DNA of 50,793 nucleotides from a virus (Duplodnaviria > Caudoviricetes): positions 1 through 50,793 of the IMG/VR virus record IMGVR_UViG_3300049914_000028; one strand, written 5' to 3'. Numbering within the stretch: the stretch's first letter is position 1; each line of letters starts with the position of its first letter. Position numbers and translations under genes: made by a program. Positions 27,336 to 36,179 of the stretch are shown one piece after another. The notes under the pieces are model-generated. The model worked only from the letters and a program-made list of their open reading frames with translations, was not told the origin of the DNA and did no database searches.

Positions 27336-27608
27336 TTAGCATTATTATACCCCTTACAGAGATTTCAGCAGAATAAATGTTACATCCTAACCATATATAA
27401 AGGGCAGAAGATAGTACCGCTCTGCCGAAGGCTGATCTCCAAAGCGTACGCCGTGAGGCGATAGCGCAAGAGGAACGAAAGAGAAACCTAAACCCCAGGC
27501 CAAACAGCCCAGGGCGATAACAGAACGGGTCCAGAAGCTAACTTAATCAGCGGCCACTGGCTACATGCCGACCGACAAAACTAAACAAGCCACGGACCCA
27601 AATAAACT

Positions 27609-28145
27609 ATGACACCAGCTCAAACCGCAATAGCAACAGCTTGCAACCTTAAAGGCGAATCAATATATGAGATCGCTCCCAAGCTCGGCTGTCACCCTTC
27701 CACGGTATATCGTAATCTCAACCGCCCCGAGATCAAAGCCATCATCGAACGAGAAGCAGCCGAAATCATCAACCGAGGCCTCAAACCAGCCCGCAGGACG
27801 CTGACCAGGCTCGCAGCCATCGGCAATACCAAGGACGCAGACAAGGATATGCTCAAACTCTCCTTAGATGCATCAAAGCACATTACCAGCATGGCCGGGC
27901 TCTCAGGAAACGCCCCAGGTACGATCATCAACGCACTGATACAGGTTCACCAAGCCCCAGAACAAACAAGAGAGCTGGACGGCATAGCAGCGTTTCTATC
28001 AGCCCACTGGCAAAGTAACACGATCCAGGACAATCGTGACACGATACAAATGACAGGTATTGAGGCATCACACACACCCATCCAGGATGCGGAGGTGATT
28101 GACATCGAGGCGCAGGATAGCAAGTCAGATCCTGTGGATAACTGA
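27609..28145 (+). CDS. terS: Terminase small subunit
   Basis: N-terminal HTH 'IYEIAPKLGCHPSTVYRNL', helical oligomerisation region, position before TerL. Confidence 0.7.
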   Translation: MTPAQTAIATACNLKGESIYEIAPKLGCHPSTVYRNLNRPEIKAIIEREAAEIINRGLKPARRTLTRLAAIGNTKDADKDMLKLSLDASKHITSMAGLSGNAPGTIINALIQVHQAPEQTRELDGIAAFLSAHWQSNTIQDNRDTIQMTGIEASHTPIQDAEVIDIEAQDSKSDPVDN

Positions 28146-28255
28146 GTTATCAACCCAAGGCATGGCTGTTGATAACTGTAATGGTAATGATAACAGTAAG
28201 ATACGGTCAAGCAATAGACGCATAAGAAGTATTATGTCAACTACCCTGTGGATAA
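28133..28255. promoter_or_regulatory. DnaA-box cluster
   Basis: Perfect TGTGGATAA (reverse complement TTATCCACA) at 28133-28141 and 28247-28255; near matches TTATCAACC and TGTTGATAA between them. Confidence 0.6.
28215..28242 (+). other. dif-like XerC/XerD recombination site
   Basis: TAGACGCATAA-GAAGTA-TTATGTCAACT, versus E. coli dif GGTGCGCATAA-TGTATA-TTATGTTAAAT. Confidence 0.75.
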
Positions 28256-28391
28256 CCAATAGGTGGGGGAGGTAGGGGTGGGGAGGGAGCCGGGATCGGT
28301 CCGGCGCTAACGATATCTAACCAGGTAGCACACAAAAGGTAAAAAAGTGAAGTTCCCGGAACACAAAAGGGGAGAAATTAGGGAGGGGGAT

Positions 28392-28544
28392 ATGCCGGTA
28401 AGGATTAGGAAGGTTGGAGGAAAATATCAGGTTTCGACGCCGAATGGGACCAAATCGAAGGGGACCACATTGAAGAAGGCCAAGGCGCAGGAGAGGCTTT
28501 TGAATGCGGTAGATCATGGTTGGCGACCCCGGAAGAAGAAATAA
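28392..28544 (+). CDS. Small basic protein upstream of TerL
   Basis: MPVRIRKVGGKYQVSTPNG…KAKAQERLLNAV; RBS GGAGG; TAATG-coupled to TerL. Confidence 0.65.
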   Translation: MPVRIRKVGGKYQVSTPNGTKSKGTTLKKAKAQERLLNAVDHGWRPRKKK

Positions 28545-30100
28545 TGCCTGACCCGGTAGAGCAGTACGCGAAGTATTTGAATTTGATTTCGATCAAGATG
28601 CACCCGGTGGCACTTGAGTATATCAAGTCTGAGGCGCAGACGAGGGCGATAATTAAGGGGAATCAAGGTGGGGGGACGCTCTTTTCGGCCTACGATGCGA
28701 CGTTAAGGCTCCTTGGCATACATCCGATCCCGAGAAGGAATGTTTTGAATAAACCCCTGAGGTTTGTTTCCAAGTGCCTTCCGAAGAGTGACACGGATGA
28801 AGAGAACCAGCAGTACGTTGAGTTGAAGCGGCTTTTTCCTGCTGAGTTTATCAGACCACACGGAGACGTGACGGCGCGATGTTCGATTATGAAGGTACGC
28901 GATCCACGAGGCGGAGCTGACCGGAAGGTCGAATTCATGTCGTCCTCGCAGGAACTGGACGCATTTATGTCGGTTCAAAGATCGGCCTACTACCAGGACG
29001 AGGAGATTGAGAAGGTCAAATGGGATGAATCTCATGTCCGACTATTAAAGGAGGGTGGGGATTCGACGATTACCTTAACGCCGGTTCGGGGGATGGATTG
29101 GACGTTTGATTCGATCTGGAAGAAAGCGCGAAAGATACATCGGTCGGGGACGATCTGTCGGAAATTCGGGTTCCCGGCACTGGAAACGACCGATCAGAAG
29201 GCGGATATAGATGTTTTCTGCTGGGCCACGGATGACAATCCGGTGATGGACAAGGCGACGATTGACCGAATCTTTGCCGACATAGACGACCCGGACGAGC
29301 TGGCGATGCGGCGTTATGGGGTATTCCGGCAGGTTTCGGGGCGGATTTACAAGTCATTTGACGAGAAGATTCACAAACAACCGTTTGACAAGGTGTTTGA
29401 TGCCGCTCTTTTCAGGACGTACTGGAATTTCAGGGTGATAGATTTTCATACCAGCAAACCGTGGGATGTTTCGTTTGTCGTCGTGACGCCTCGGAACGAG
29501 TGGATAGTGTGGAATGAACTACACCAGACACATGACAACCGGACGACGCTTGAGTTGAGAGATGAACTAAAAGAGGAGTCTGTATGCGATGAAGATGAGG
29601 AGATGAACAGGGCCACATTGATTGATCCTCTTAGTAAACAAAAACAGGGCAATACCGGATTTTCCGTGTTTGACGACTTGGGGATGGGGGAAAACGGGTT
29701 GCGTCGGATGACTCCTGCGGATACAAAAAATTCTCCCAATGGTGGCCGGATGAATATCAAGATGAGGTTGAAAAATTCCCTGATTTGCGGGGTGCCGGGG
29801 AACAATCTCAACAAGACCGACCTTTCGGAAACGCGGTACGGCCCTTATCTGCCGACACTCTGGTTCTTAGATAATTGCCGGGGGCATATCGAGCATTTCA
29901 AGAGTTGGCGGTATGTGGATTGGAAGCAGGAACACGTGAAGGCGGTGCGGACGGTGAAACGGGAATCGGAGAAATACAGCGACTACTGCCGGAACCTTGA
30001 ATTTCTCGGGGCGCTCAACCCTGCTTTTTACGAGCGCAAACATGATTTTTACGAACCATCGAAACTGTTTCAAGGACGGAAAGCGGCGGGATGGAGATAG
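28544..30100 (+). CDS. terL: Terminase large subunit
   Basis: Walker A-like 'KGNQGGGT', Walker B 'YYQDEE', coupling motif 'TLTP', 'DNP', nuclease 'VIDFH…DP…D..R'. Confidence 0.88.
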   Translation: MPDPVEQYAKYLNLISIKMHPVALEYIKSEAQTRAIIKGNQGGGTLFSAYDATLRLLGIHPIPRRNVLNKPLRFVSKCLPKSDTDEENQQYVELKRLFPAEFIRPHGDVTARCSIMKVRDPRGGADRKVEFMSSSQELDAFMSVQRSAYYQDEEIEKVKWDESHVRLLKEGGDSTITLTPVRGMDWTFDSIWKKARKIHRSGTICRKFGFPALETTDQKADIDVFCWATDDNPVMDKATIDRIFADIDDPDELAMRRYGVFRQVSGRIYKSFDEKIHKQPFDKVFDAALFRTYWNFRVIDFHTSKPWDVSFVVVTPRNEWIVWNELHQTHDNRTTLELRDELKEESVCDEDEEMNRATLIDPLSKQKQGNTGFSVFDDLGMGENGLRRMTPADTKNSPNGGRMNIKMRLKNSLICGVPGNNLNKTDLSETRYGPYLPTLWFLDNCRGHIEHFKSWRYVDWKQEHVKAVRTVKRESEKYSDYCRNLEFLGALNPAFYERKHDFYEPSKLFQGRKAAGWR

Positions 30101-30103
30101 GTA

Positions 30104-32098
30104 ATGGCTAAATCCAAAAAAAATAAAGAAGTAAAATCCGATTGGAATGTTTCGGAAGAGATCCAACAGGCCCTTCTTTCCCATGTGAGTGAAGAACTGA
30201 AGGTTGCAGAACAGAACAGCGAAAAGGCCATTCAGGATTTCAATGCCTATTACGACATGCTGCATGGCGTCCGGGAGGCGAAAACTAACGACTGGGAATC
30301 GGATATCTTCCTTCCTGAATTTGAATCCCGGCTTCTGACACAGGTTGGAAACTTCGTGGCGCAGTATTTTGGCAGTACGGATTACGTTGACACGGCAATG
30401 GAGTCCGAGGATCCCAAAGACGTGGCCGAAGCCAAGGCGTCAAAGAAACTCCTCAACAAACTCCTAAACGACAAGGAGGCTTATTATTATTACAAGATTG
30501 TTCGCAACATCATGTATGTATTCACCTGCGGCCAAGGGATCATAAAGGGTGGGTATAATCAGCGAATCGCCAGCGAATTGTCGCACTATAATCAGGAATC
30601 GGAATATATCACGGACCCGTTAACGGGCGATTACCTTGCTGAAGATGGACAACCCTATACTGATCCCACAATCCAGAAACCCGCCTTCCAAACGGTACAG
30701 AAACCCATGATGATGGATAAGGTTCAGATCGACAAACCCGTTTTTGATGTTTACCCGATCACGAACGTCCATACGTCCCCGGAGTATTGTTACAGTCTGA
30801 ACGACAAGGAATACGTCATTTTTGAGACGGAAAAGACCCTCGACGCCTTAAAGATAGAAGCGGATGAGATGGGATACTTTAATCTCAATTTTCTGGAGGA
30901 GGAAGAACCGGAAGGGCAACGTGGGGAGAAGACCTACGACAAAGATGCGGAATTGGTCCAGCAACCGCGCCCACCCCTGAAAACCTTTGTGGTCATGGAA
31001 CGATGGGGGAAATATCCTGTTGTCGAAAAGGACGGGAAGTTCATTCCCGGATTTGACCCGGACGGCAGTTTTTCTAAAGATGCGGCAAACGAGGAGTGCA
31101 TTGTCCACTATGTCAAACAACGGGAAAAAGACGAACCGGAACGGATCATTGGATTCCGAAAATCAAAGCATTCAAAACGGCCGATGGTCCGATTCCTCTG
31201 CTATGTGGACATGATTAAAGATTGCGGGTTTGGGGATGGGGAGGTCAACCGGGAACTTCAGAAGGCGATTAACGACAATTATAATTTGATGAATTACCGG
31301 ACCAAACTGGCGATCACCCCGGCATTCAAGGGTAAGAGATTCGCCGTTGACGAGAATGTCAAGATCACCCCCGAAAAGGTTATCCTACTTGAAGATCCCG
31401 AGAACGATCTAAAGGAAATCATCATTCAGGACAACATCCAGGGTGGCATCGTACACCAGAACCTTCTTTCGTCCCGGATGGATTATTGCATGGCGACCGC
31501 GCCACAGACGATGGGGGCGTCTCCTGAACGTGCGGAAACCGCAACGATGGCCTCCATCGTCAACCAGAGGGCCAATGTCCGAATCGGTATGAAGTCCATG
31601 AACCTTGAGTTCATCGGATTTACGGAATTTTACGACATGCTTCTGACCCTCTGCAATGACTTCATGCTCCCGGAGACCCTTGAAGAATTGATCGGCAAGG
31701 AAGATGCTGCGGCCTACAACCCAAAACGGAAAGATAAATTCCGGCCTGTTTCGCAAGCCCTTGAAACAGAAGAGAGTAAACAATTCAAGATAAAGTCATG
31801 GCAGGGCATATTGCAGATGGTTGGCGGGATGCAAAACCCAAAGACTCCGATGGTAGTCAATTACATAATCGGTCAAGTGCTTGAACTGATGGGCGGTGGC
31901 TTCAAGACGTTCAAGAAATATATGTTTGAAGAAGATCCGACTACGATGGTTTTGTATCAGTTAGCGACAGGGGGGAAGGGGCAAGGATCGGCTCCGGCGG
32001 GACCACCTCCGGGAATGCCCCCGCAAAACCAGCAAGGGAATCCACAGAGACCGCCGGAACAACAGACGAGGGCGCAAGCCCCGCAACAGGCCGCATAG
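30104..32098 (+). CDS. Portal protein (podovirus-type)
   Basis: 664 aa after TerL; 'GFGDGE…LQ.AIND.YN', 'ETAT'; Pro/Gln-rich tail. Confidence 0.85.
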   Translation: MAKSKKNKEVKSDWNVSEEIQQALLSHVSEELKVAEQNSEKAIQDFNAYYDMLHGVREAKTNDWESDIFLPEFESRLLTQVGNFVAQYFGSTDYVDTAMESEDPKDVAEAKASKKLLNKLLNDKEAYYYYKIVRNIMYVFTCGQGIIKGGYNQRIASELSHYNQESEYITDPLTGDYLAEDGQPYTDPTIQKPAFQTVQKPMMMDKVQIDKPVFDVYPITNVHTSPEYCYSLNDKEYVIFETEKTLDALKIEADEMGYFNLNFLEEEEPEGQRGEKTYDKDAELVQQPRPPLKTFVVMERWGKYPVVEKDGKFIPGFDPDGSFSKDAANEECIVHYVKQREKDEPERIIGFRKSKHSKRPMVRFLCYVDMIKDCGFGDGEVNRELQKAINDNYNLMNYRTKLAITPAFKGKRFAVDENVKITPEKVILLEDPENDLKEIIIQDNIQGGIVHQNLLSSRMDYCMATAPQTMGASPERAETATMASIVNQRANVRIGMKSMNLEFIGFTEFYDMLLTLCNDFMLPETLEELIGKEDAAAYNPKRKDKFRPVSQALETEESKQFKIKSWQGILQMVGGMQNPKTPMVVNYIIGQVLELMGGGFKTFKKYMFEEDPTTMVLYQLATGGKGQGSAPAGPPPGMPPQNQQGNPQRPPEQQTRAQAPQQAA

Positions 32099-32107
32099 GA
32101 GTAATGA

Positions 32108-32434
32108 ATGAAGGAATGGACGAATCAAGACCTGATCGAGTACGTCAGCAAGTTCAAGGATGTTCAGAGAGAGTACGTCCTGAAACAGATCCTTGAAAAT
32201 GATTTGCTGGCGAAGTTTTTGGGGACGACTGAGGGACGACTGATTTTGGGTAATGTCGTCGATGCGATCACTTCAGATACAATGTTGATGGTCCGATTGT
32301 GCGTTGAGGGGGATAAAAAGGGGGAAATATCCCAGGCTGCTCTCAGGATAAGCACCGCCTACAATTTCATGTATTCTATTGCGAAGATGGCCGGAGACGG
32401 TCAGGAACACGTGGAGAAGATGAAAAAGAAATGA
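32108..32434 (+). CDS. Small helical protein following the portal
   Basis: 'FLGTTEGRLIL' motif typical of post-portal proteins. Confidence 0.65.
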   Translation: MKEWTNQDLIEYVSKFKDVQREYVLKQILENDLLAKFLGTTEGRLILGNVVDAITSDTMLMVRLCVEGDKKGEISQAALRISTAYNFMYSIAKMAGDGQEHVEKMKKK

Positions 32435-32610
32435 CGGCATACAAGCAGACCTTTGAAGAGGCGATAAAACAATGGGGATTCAAGAAGGTGCTTGCAGAAC
32501 TCCTCAATGTTGCCAAGTTGACGGATGAAAAGACGGTTGGACAGTTCACCGCAAACCTTAACAGCGGAGGGGTGACAGACGCATTTATAAATAAGAAGAT
32601 TCAGCAGTAG
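32431..32610 (+). CDS. 59-aa DUF2292 (YezD/OscA)-like small protein, not in the ORF track
   Basis: MTAYKQTFEEAIKQWGFKKVLAELLNVAKLTDEKTVGQFTANLNSGGVTDAFINKKIQQ. ATGA-coupled; helix followed by a 'G-x-F-x-A-x-L-x-x-GG-V…K-I' beta hairpin. Family call is by pattern only. Confidence 0.6.
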   Translation: MTAYKQTFEEAIKQWGFKKVLAELLNVAKLTDEKTVGQFTANLNSGGVTDAFINKKIQQ

Positions 32611-32611
32611 C

Positions 32612-32647
32612 GACGGTTGTTTCAAAACCAATAATGGAACTTTGAAA
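32612..32647 (+). ncRNA. Conserved hairpin motif, copy B (no terminator)
   Basis: GACGGTTG-TTTCAAA-A-CCA-ATAA-TGG-AAC-TTTGAAA. Confidence 0.65.
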
Positions 32648-32662
32648 TTCGGGAGGTGAAAA

Positions 32663-32830
32663 ATGGAGTGGTTAAGAAAAAGGATTGTGGCTTGGTTGAG
32701 GGTTCCGACAGAAGTAGATATGTATTACATTCAGAATTGCATGTTCTACCGCGAATCGCCGGAAGATAAACCATATCTTAAAAAAGTTGGAACTGTGGTG
32801 AAGGAACATATAAGTAAAAAGAAAAAATAA
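32663..32830 (+). CDS. 55-aa hypothetical protein between motif copies B and C, not in the ORF track
   Basis: RBS GGAGGT; MEWLRKRIVAWLRVP…. Confidence 0.55.
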   Translation: MEWLRKRIVAWLRVPTEVDMYYIQNCMFYRESPEDKPYLKKVGTVVKEHISKKKK

Positions 32831-32840
32831 CATAGAAAAA

Positions 32841-32913
32841 AGCGGTTAGTCTAAAACCCGCAAGGGAACTTTGGAACCCGTGTCGAAAGAGCAATCTTTC
32901 TTCACGGGTTTTT
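32841..32913 (+). terminator. Intrinsic terminator with upstream conserved hairpin (motif copy C)
   Basis: AGCGGTTAG-TCTAAA-A-CCC-GCAA-GGG-AAC-TTTGGA followed by ACCCGTG…CACGGGT-TTTT. Confidence 0.85.
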
Positions 32914-32944
32914 GTTTTTGGACAACTTAACAGGAGGATTTGAC

Positions 32945-33745
32945 ATGGCAGAGATCGACACTCCTACACCCCCCGCGCCTGCGGGACAGGCACCGGAGCC
33001 GACACCAGAACCAGAAGTACAAACGCAATCAGGATGGATCGAGGAGCCGACCCCGGAACCGGAGCCAGTTCCCGAACCCGTGCCGGAACCAACCCCGCAA
33101 CCGCAACTAACCCCGGACCAGATCATAGAGCAGTCGTCCGAACGAGCCTTTCAGAAAATAGCATCGTGGCAGGGACGGAGAGACAAAGACCTCTTCGACA
33201 ACCTCGGGAATCTGATCGACAGTCGGATGAGGACGCAGATCCCTCCTCCGCAACCTCCCTCGACTGACCCCGCCACGATGCTTGAAAATCCAGACGGATG
33301 GGCAAGAACGGTAGTGCCCCGGATTCTCGACGAAGAAATTTCCCGACGGTCAAAAGCCGATCAGAATTTCAATACCGAACTGATCCGCGAGGCGGCGACC
33401 ATAATGGATGGCGACCCTTTGTTCAAGGACAAAAACCTTGGGGATGCGGTGGTTGCGGAGATTCAGCAGAATTTCAACAATGTCAACCGTCAACTCCATC
33501 CGTCGGTTGCCGCGCAACTTCTCGTGCAGGGAGGTCTGGCGAATGTAGTTCGCAGAGTCGCGGCGACGAAAACAAACGCCTTTGCCGATCACAAACCCGT
33601 TGCGGGACCGATGGGGACCGTGACCCCGCCGCCTCCAAAACCAGCCAAAGCCAAGCCGGTGAAACTTTCCGAATCCGCAGCGGCATTAGCTAAACGGTGG
33701 AATTACAGCGCGGAAGATATAGCAAAGGTATTTGGGGAACAATAA
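32945..33745 (+). CDS. Capsid scaffolding protein
   Basis: Pro/Glu-rich N-terminus, helical core, 'KLSE.AAALAKRW..S.E' C-terminus; RBS GGAGG; between portal and capsid. Confidence 0.75.
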   Translation: MAEIDTPTPPAPAGQAPEPTPEPEVQTQSGWIEEPTPEPEPVPEPVPEPTPQPQLTPDQIIEQSSERAFQKIASWQGRRDKDLFDNLGNLIDSRMRTQIPPPQPPSTDPATMLENPDGWARTVVPRILDEEISRRSKADQNFNTELIREAATIMDGDPLFKDKNLGDAVVAEIQQNFNNVNRQLHPSVAAQLLVQGGLANVVRRVAATKTNAFADHKPVAGPMGTVTPPPPKPAKAKPVKLSESAAALAKRWNYSAEDIAKVFGEQ

Positions 33746-34230
33746 TGAGCGTTTCGGAGTCATTGGTAGCCAAGAATCGGGAATACTACACCTATCGGTG
33801 CAAACAATGCGGATTTGAGTGCCGCAAGAAGGTCATTCCCGGTTCAAGTGTACCCGTGACAGCAAAGGGTAATTACGGAAGCGAAGGGACTCCAACCCCT
33901 GAGTCATTTGCAGATGAGATTTACGAAGCCACCACCATAGGGTTCGTGGCCGCCGTGACAGGCGTAACCCCGGCATATTTAACGGATAGTGCGTACCTGT
34001 TTGGCGTGAAGAATTTCAAGTCTGGAATGACGATCAGGATAGCTGGCAGTACTTCAAACGATAAGGATTGCACCATCGCAACAGGCGGCGTTTCACGAGG
34101 CGAGATACTTCTGAGTGATTCAGACAGTCTCACTACTGAAGGTGCGGGCGATACGGTGACAATCTCACAGATTCTTTACAGTCCAAATATAGTTTCCGGG
34201 TGCCCTTTCTGCGGCTCTCGGAATTCATAA
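33745..34230 (+). CDS. Zn-ribbon virion-associated protein with inserted beta domain
   Basis: CKQC near the N-terminus and CPFC at the C-terminus; TAATG-coupled. Confidence 0.55.
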   Translation: MSVSESLVAKNREYYTYRCKQCGFECRKKVIPGSSVPVTAKGNYGSEGTPTPESFADEIYEATTIGFVAAVTGVTPAYLTDSAYLFGVKNFKSGMTIRIAGSTSNDKDCTIATGGVSRGEILLSDSDSLTTEGAGDTVTISQILYSPNIVSGCPFCGSRNS

Positions 34231-34245
34231 AGAAGGAGGCCAATT

Positions 34246-35022
34246 ATGGCTTTTGAATATGCGGGAGACCTTCGCGGGGGAACCCCCGTAGTAAGGAAAT
34301 TTCAAATTGGAGCATCGGTGTACCAGGGCCAGCTTGCGATGATTGATGAAGGTGCCGCAACCGGCGGGTATATCGTCAAGGCTCCAGTGGCGGCAGCGGG
34401 ACCGGATACGGCGACCCACATTCTCGGGATTATCTCCGGCATTGTGACGAGTCCGACCTATACCGCTGGTTATTACAATGGTGACTTGGGAACCTATTCA
34501 GCAGTACAGGCGACGATTGCGGCTTATGACCCTCCCGGCCCCTGTATGGCGGAAGTGGTCCTTATCACCGATACGACACTCATCAAAGCCCCCCTGTGGC
34601 ATACGACCCCCGGTGTCGCACCGCATTGCCTTGCGGCAACGACTGCGGTGGCTGCGGGAACGACCTATGTAACTTCCGGGTTTGATGCGGCTGTGGACGC
34701 TTTTTCAACGTCTTACTGCCGTTCCGGGGCAAATGCCGGTCAGTACCGCAAGGGTGACGGAACCGGGACGACAACGCAGACGGTGGTTATTCCCTTCACC
34801 TACGGCGTCGGTATCGGAGACAAATTCGTATGCGTGAACGTGGTTGAGGGATACGCCCACATCGATTTCGTTGGAACCTATCTGAACGGAATCGACTCTT
34901 CGGCGGCGTTGTCCAGTTACTACAAAGTCTATGTCCATGAACTCAACCTTAAAGAAGCAGGCAGAGAGTACGCAGTATTTAGTTTCTGCGACTGCCATCT
35001 GATGCTCGGACAGGGGGTGTAA
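34246..35022 (+). CDS. Putative capsid decoration/cement protein
   Basis: Directly before the major capsid gene; 'MAFEYAG.L.GG.P…YQGQL'. Confidence 0.6.
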   Translation: MAFEYAGDLRGGTPVVRKFQIGASVYQGQLAMIDEGAATGGYIVKAPVAAAGPDTATHILGIISGIVTSPTYTAGYYNGDLGTYSAVQATIAAYDPPGPCMAEVVLITDTTLIKAPLWHTTPGVAPHCLAATTAVAAGTTYVTSGFDAAVDAFSTSYCRSGANAGQYRKGDGTGTTTQTVVIPFTYGVGIGDKFVCVNVVEGYAHIDFVGTYLNGIDSSAALSSYYKVYVHELNLKEAGREYAVFSFCDCHLMLGQGV

Positions 35023-35023
35023 T

Positions 35024-35947
35024 ATGAGTAACCCATTAACCGACAAACAATTCGTGCGGCTCCTGGACGATAGACTTACCAAAGTCTTTGTCAACCAGTA
35101 CAAGGGTCTCCCATCCATCAAGGAGAAGTTTTATTCAATCAAGAAATCCAAGAAGGCGTCGGAGGAATATTTCAGCGTCGGGTCCGTGCCTGATCCTGAA
35201 GCGTTTAACGGGATCATCCAGTATCAGGGCGTTGCTCCCGGATACCATACCAAGATCACCCCGGCGGAATACGCGGGCGGCATCACGATCCAGAGAAGGC
35301 TTCTGGATACGGATCGTTATGACGTGATCGAAGGTCTGGCAAAGGGACTCGGAACCGCTGCAAGACGGAAACAGAATAAGATCGCCCATGAAGTTTTCAC
35401 GAACTTCGATTCTACGGCGTTCGACTTCGTTGTTTCCGAGGAAGGCGTTGCCCTGTGTTCCAATTCCCATCTGACCAAGGCCCCGAATGTCTCTACCGCT
35501 TCCGGTTTTGACAACCTTTCCACTCTTGGTTTTGATGCGGTTAACCTCGAAGCACTTCGGATTCAGGGTCTTGGATTCCGGGATGACATCGGAGAACGGA
35601 TCGAAACGAACTTCGATACCATCGTCCACGGAACCAACCTCGAAGCCGATGTGTGGACGGTACTGAACTCTCAGGGCGCCACCGGCGACAATCTCAACGA
35701 CGCCAATTTCCAGAAAGGCCGTTGGAAGGCGATCTGCCTTCCCCTACTCGATGACTACGATACGAACGATTGGTTCATCGTGGATTCTTCGGCCATGAAA
35801 GATGCTCTGATCTGGATCGACAGCATTCCGTTGGAGTTTGGTTCCACGACCGACTTCGACACTATGGTAAGAAAATACAGTTCTTACATGGTTTGTGGTT
35901 GGGGATTTGTTGATTGGCGCTGGATTGTAGGGTCGAGCGTGAGTTAG
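35024..35947 (+). CDS. Major capsid protein (HK97 fold, Mu gpT-like family)
   Basis: 'YAGGITIQRRLLDTD.Y…LG.AA', 'EGVALCSNSH', 'WFIVD', 'GFVDWRWIVGS'; followed by a terminator. Confidence 0.85.
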   Translation: MSNPLTDKQFVRLLDDRLTKVFVNQYKGLPSIKEKFYSIKKSKKASEEYFSVGSVPDPEAFNGIIQYQGVAPGYHTKITPAEYAGGITIQRRLLDTDRYDVIEGLAKGLGTAARRKQNKIAHEVFTNFDSTAFDFVVSEEGVALCSNSHLTKAPNVSTASGFDNLSTLGFDAVNLEALRIQGLGFRDDIGERIETNFDTIVHGTNLEADVWTVLNSQGATGDNLNDANFQKGRWKAICLPLLDDYDTNDWFIVDSSAMKDALIWIDSIPLEFGSTTDFDTMVRKYSSYMVCGWGFVDWRWIVGSSVS

Positions 35948-35974
35948 GCCCCGTAACAATGGTGTGTAAGTAAC

Positions 35975-36047
35975 AGCGGTTAGTTTGTAACCCTTAGGGG
36001 ATCTACGAAGCCCGTGTTGAGTCGAAAGACTTGGCACGGGCTTTTTT
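35975..36047 (+). terminator. Intrinsic terminator with upstream conserved hairpin (motif copy D)
   Basis: AGCGGTTAG-TTTGTA-A-CCC-TTAG-GGG-ATC-TACGAA followed by GCCCGTG…CACGGGC-TTTTTT. Confidence 0.85.
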
Positions 36048-36179
36048 GTTTGTCCCTCCCTGAGTGACGCGGGTCGCTCTTAACCTGTCCTCCCCTCTTC
36101 GTTATCGGGATGAAGGGGGGAGGATCTTAACCCTCTCAATGCTTGTCCGATTCGGGTGTGAGAGAAAAGGAGAATTAAA

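Noticed and set aside
27428-27490. Hammerhead ribozyme (CTGA…GAAA)
   Set aside because: The core reads CTGATCT rather than CTGANGA, and the stems do not fit the hammerhead topology.
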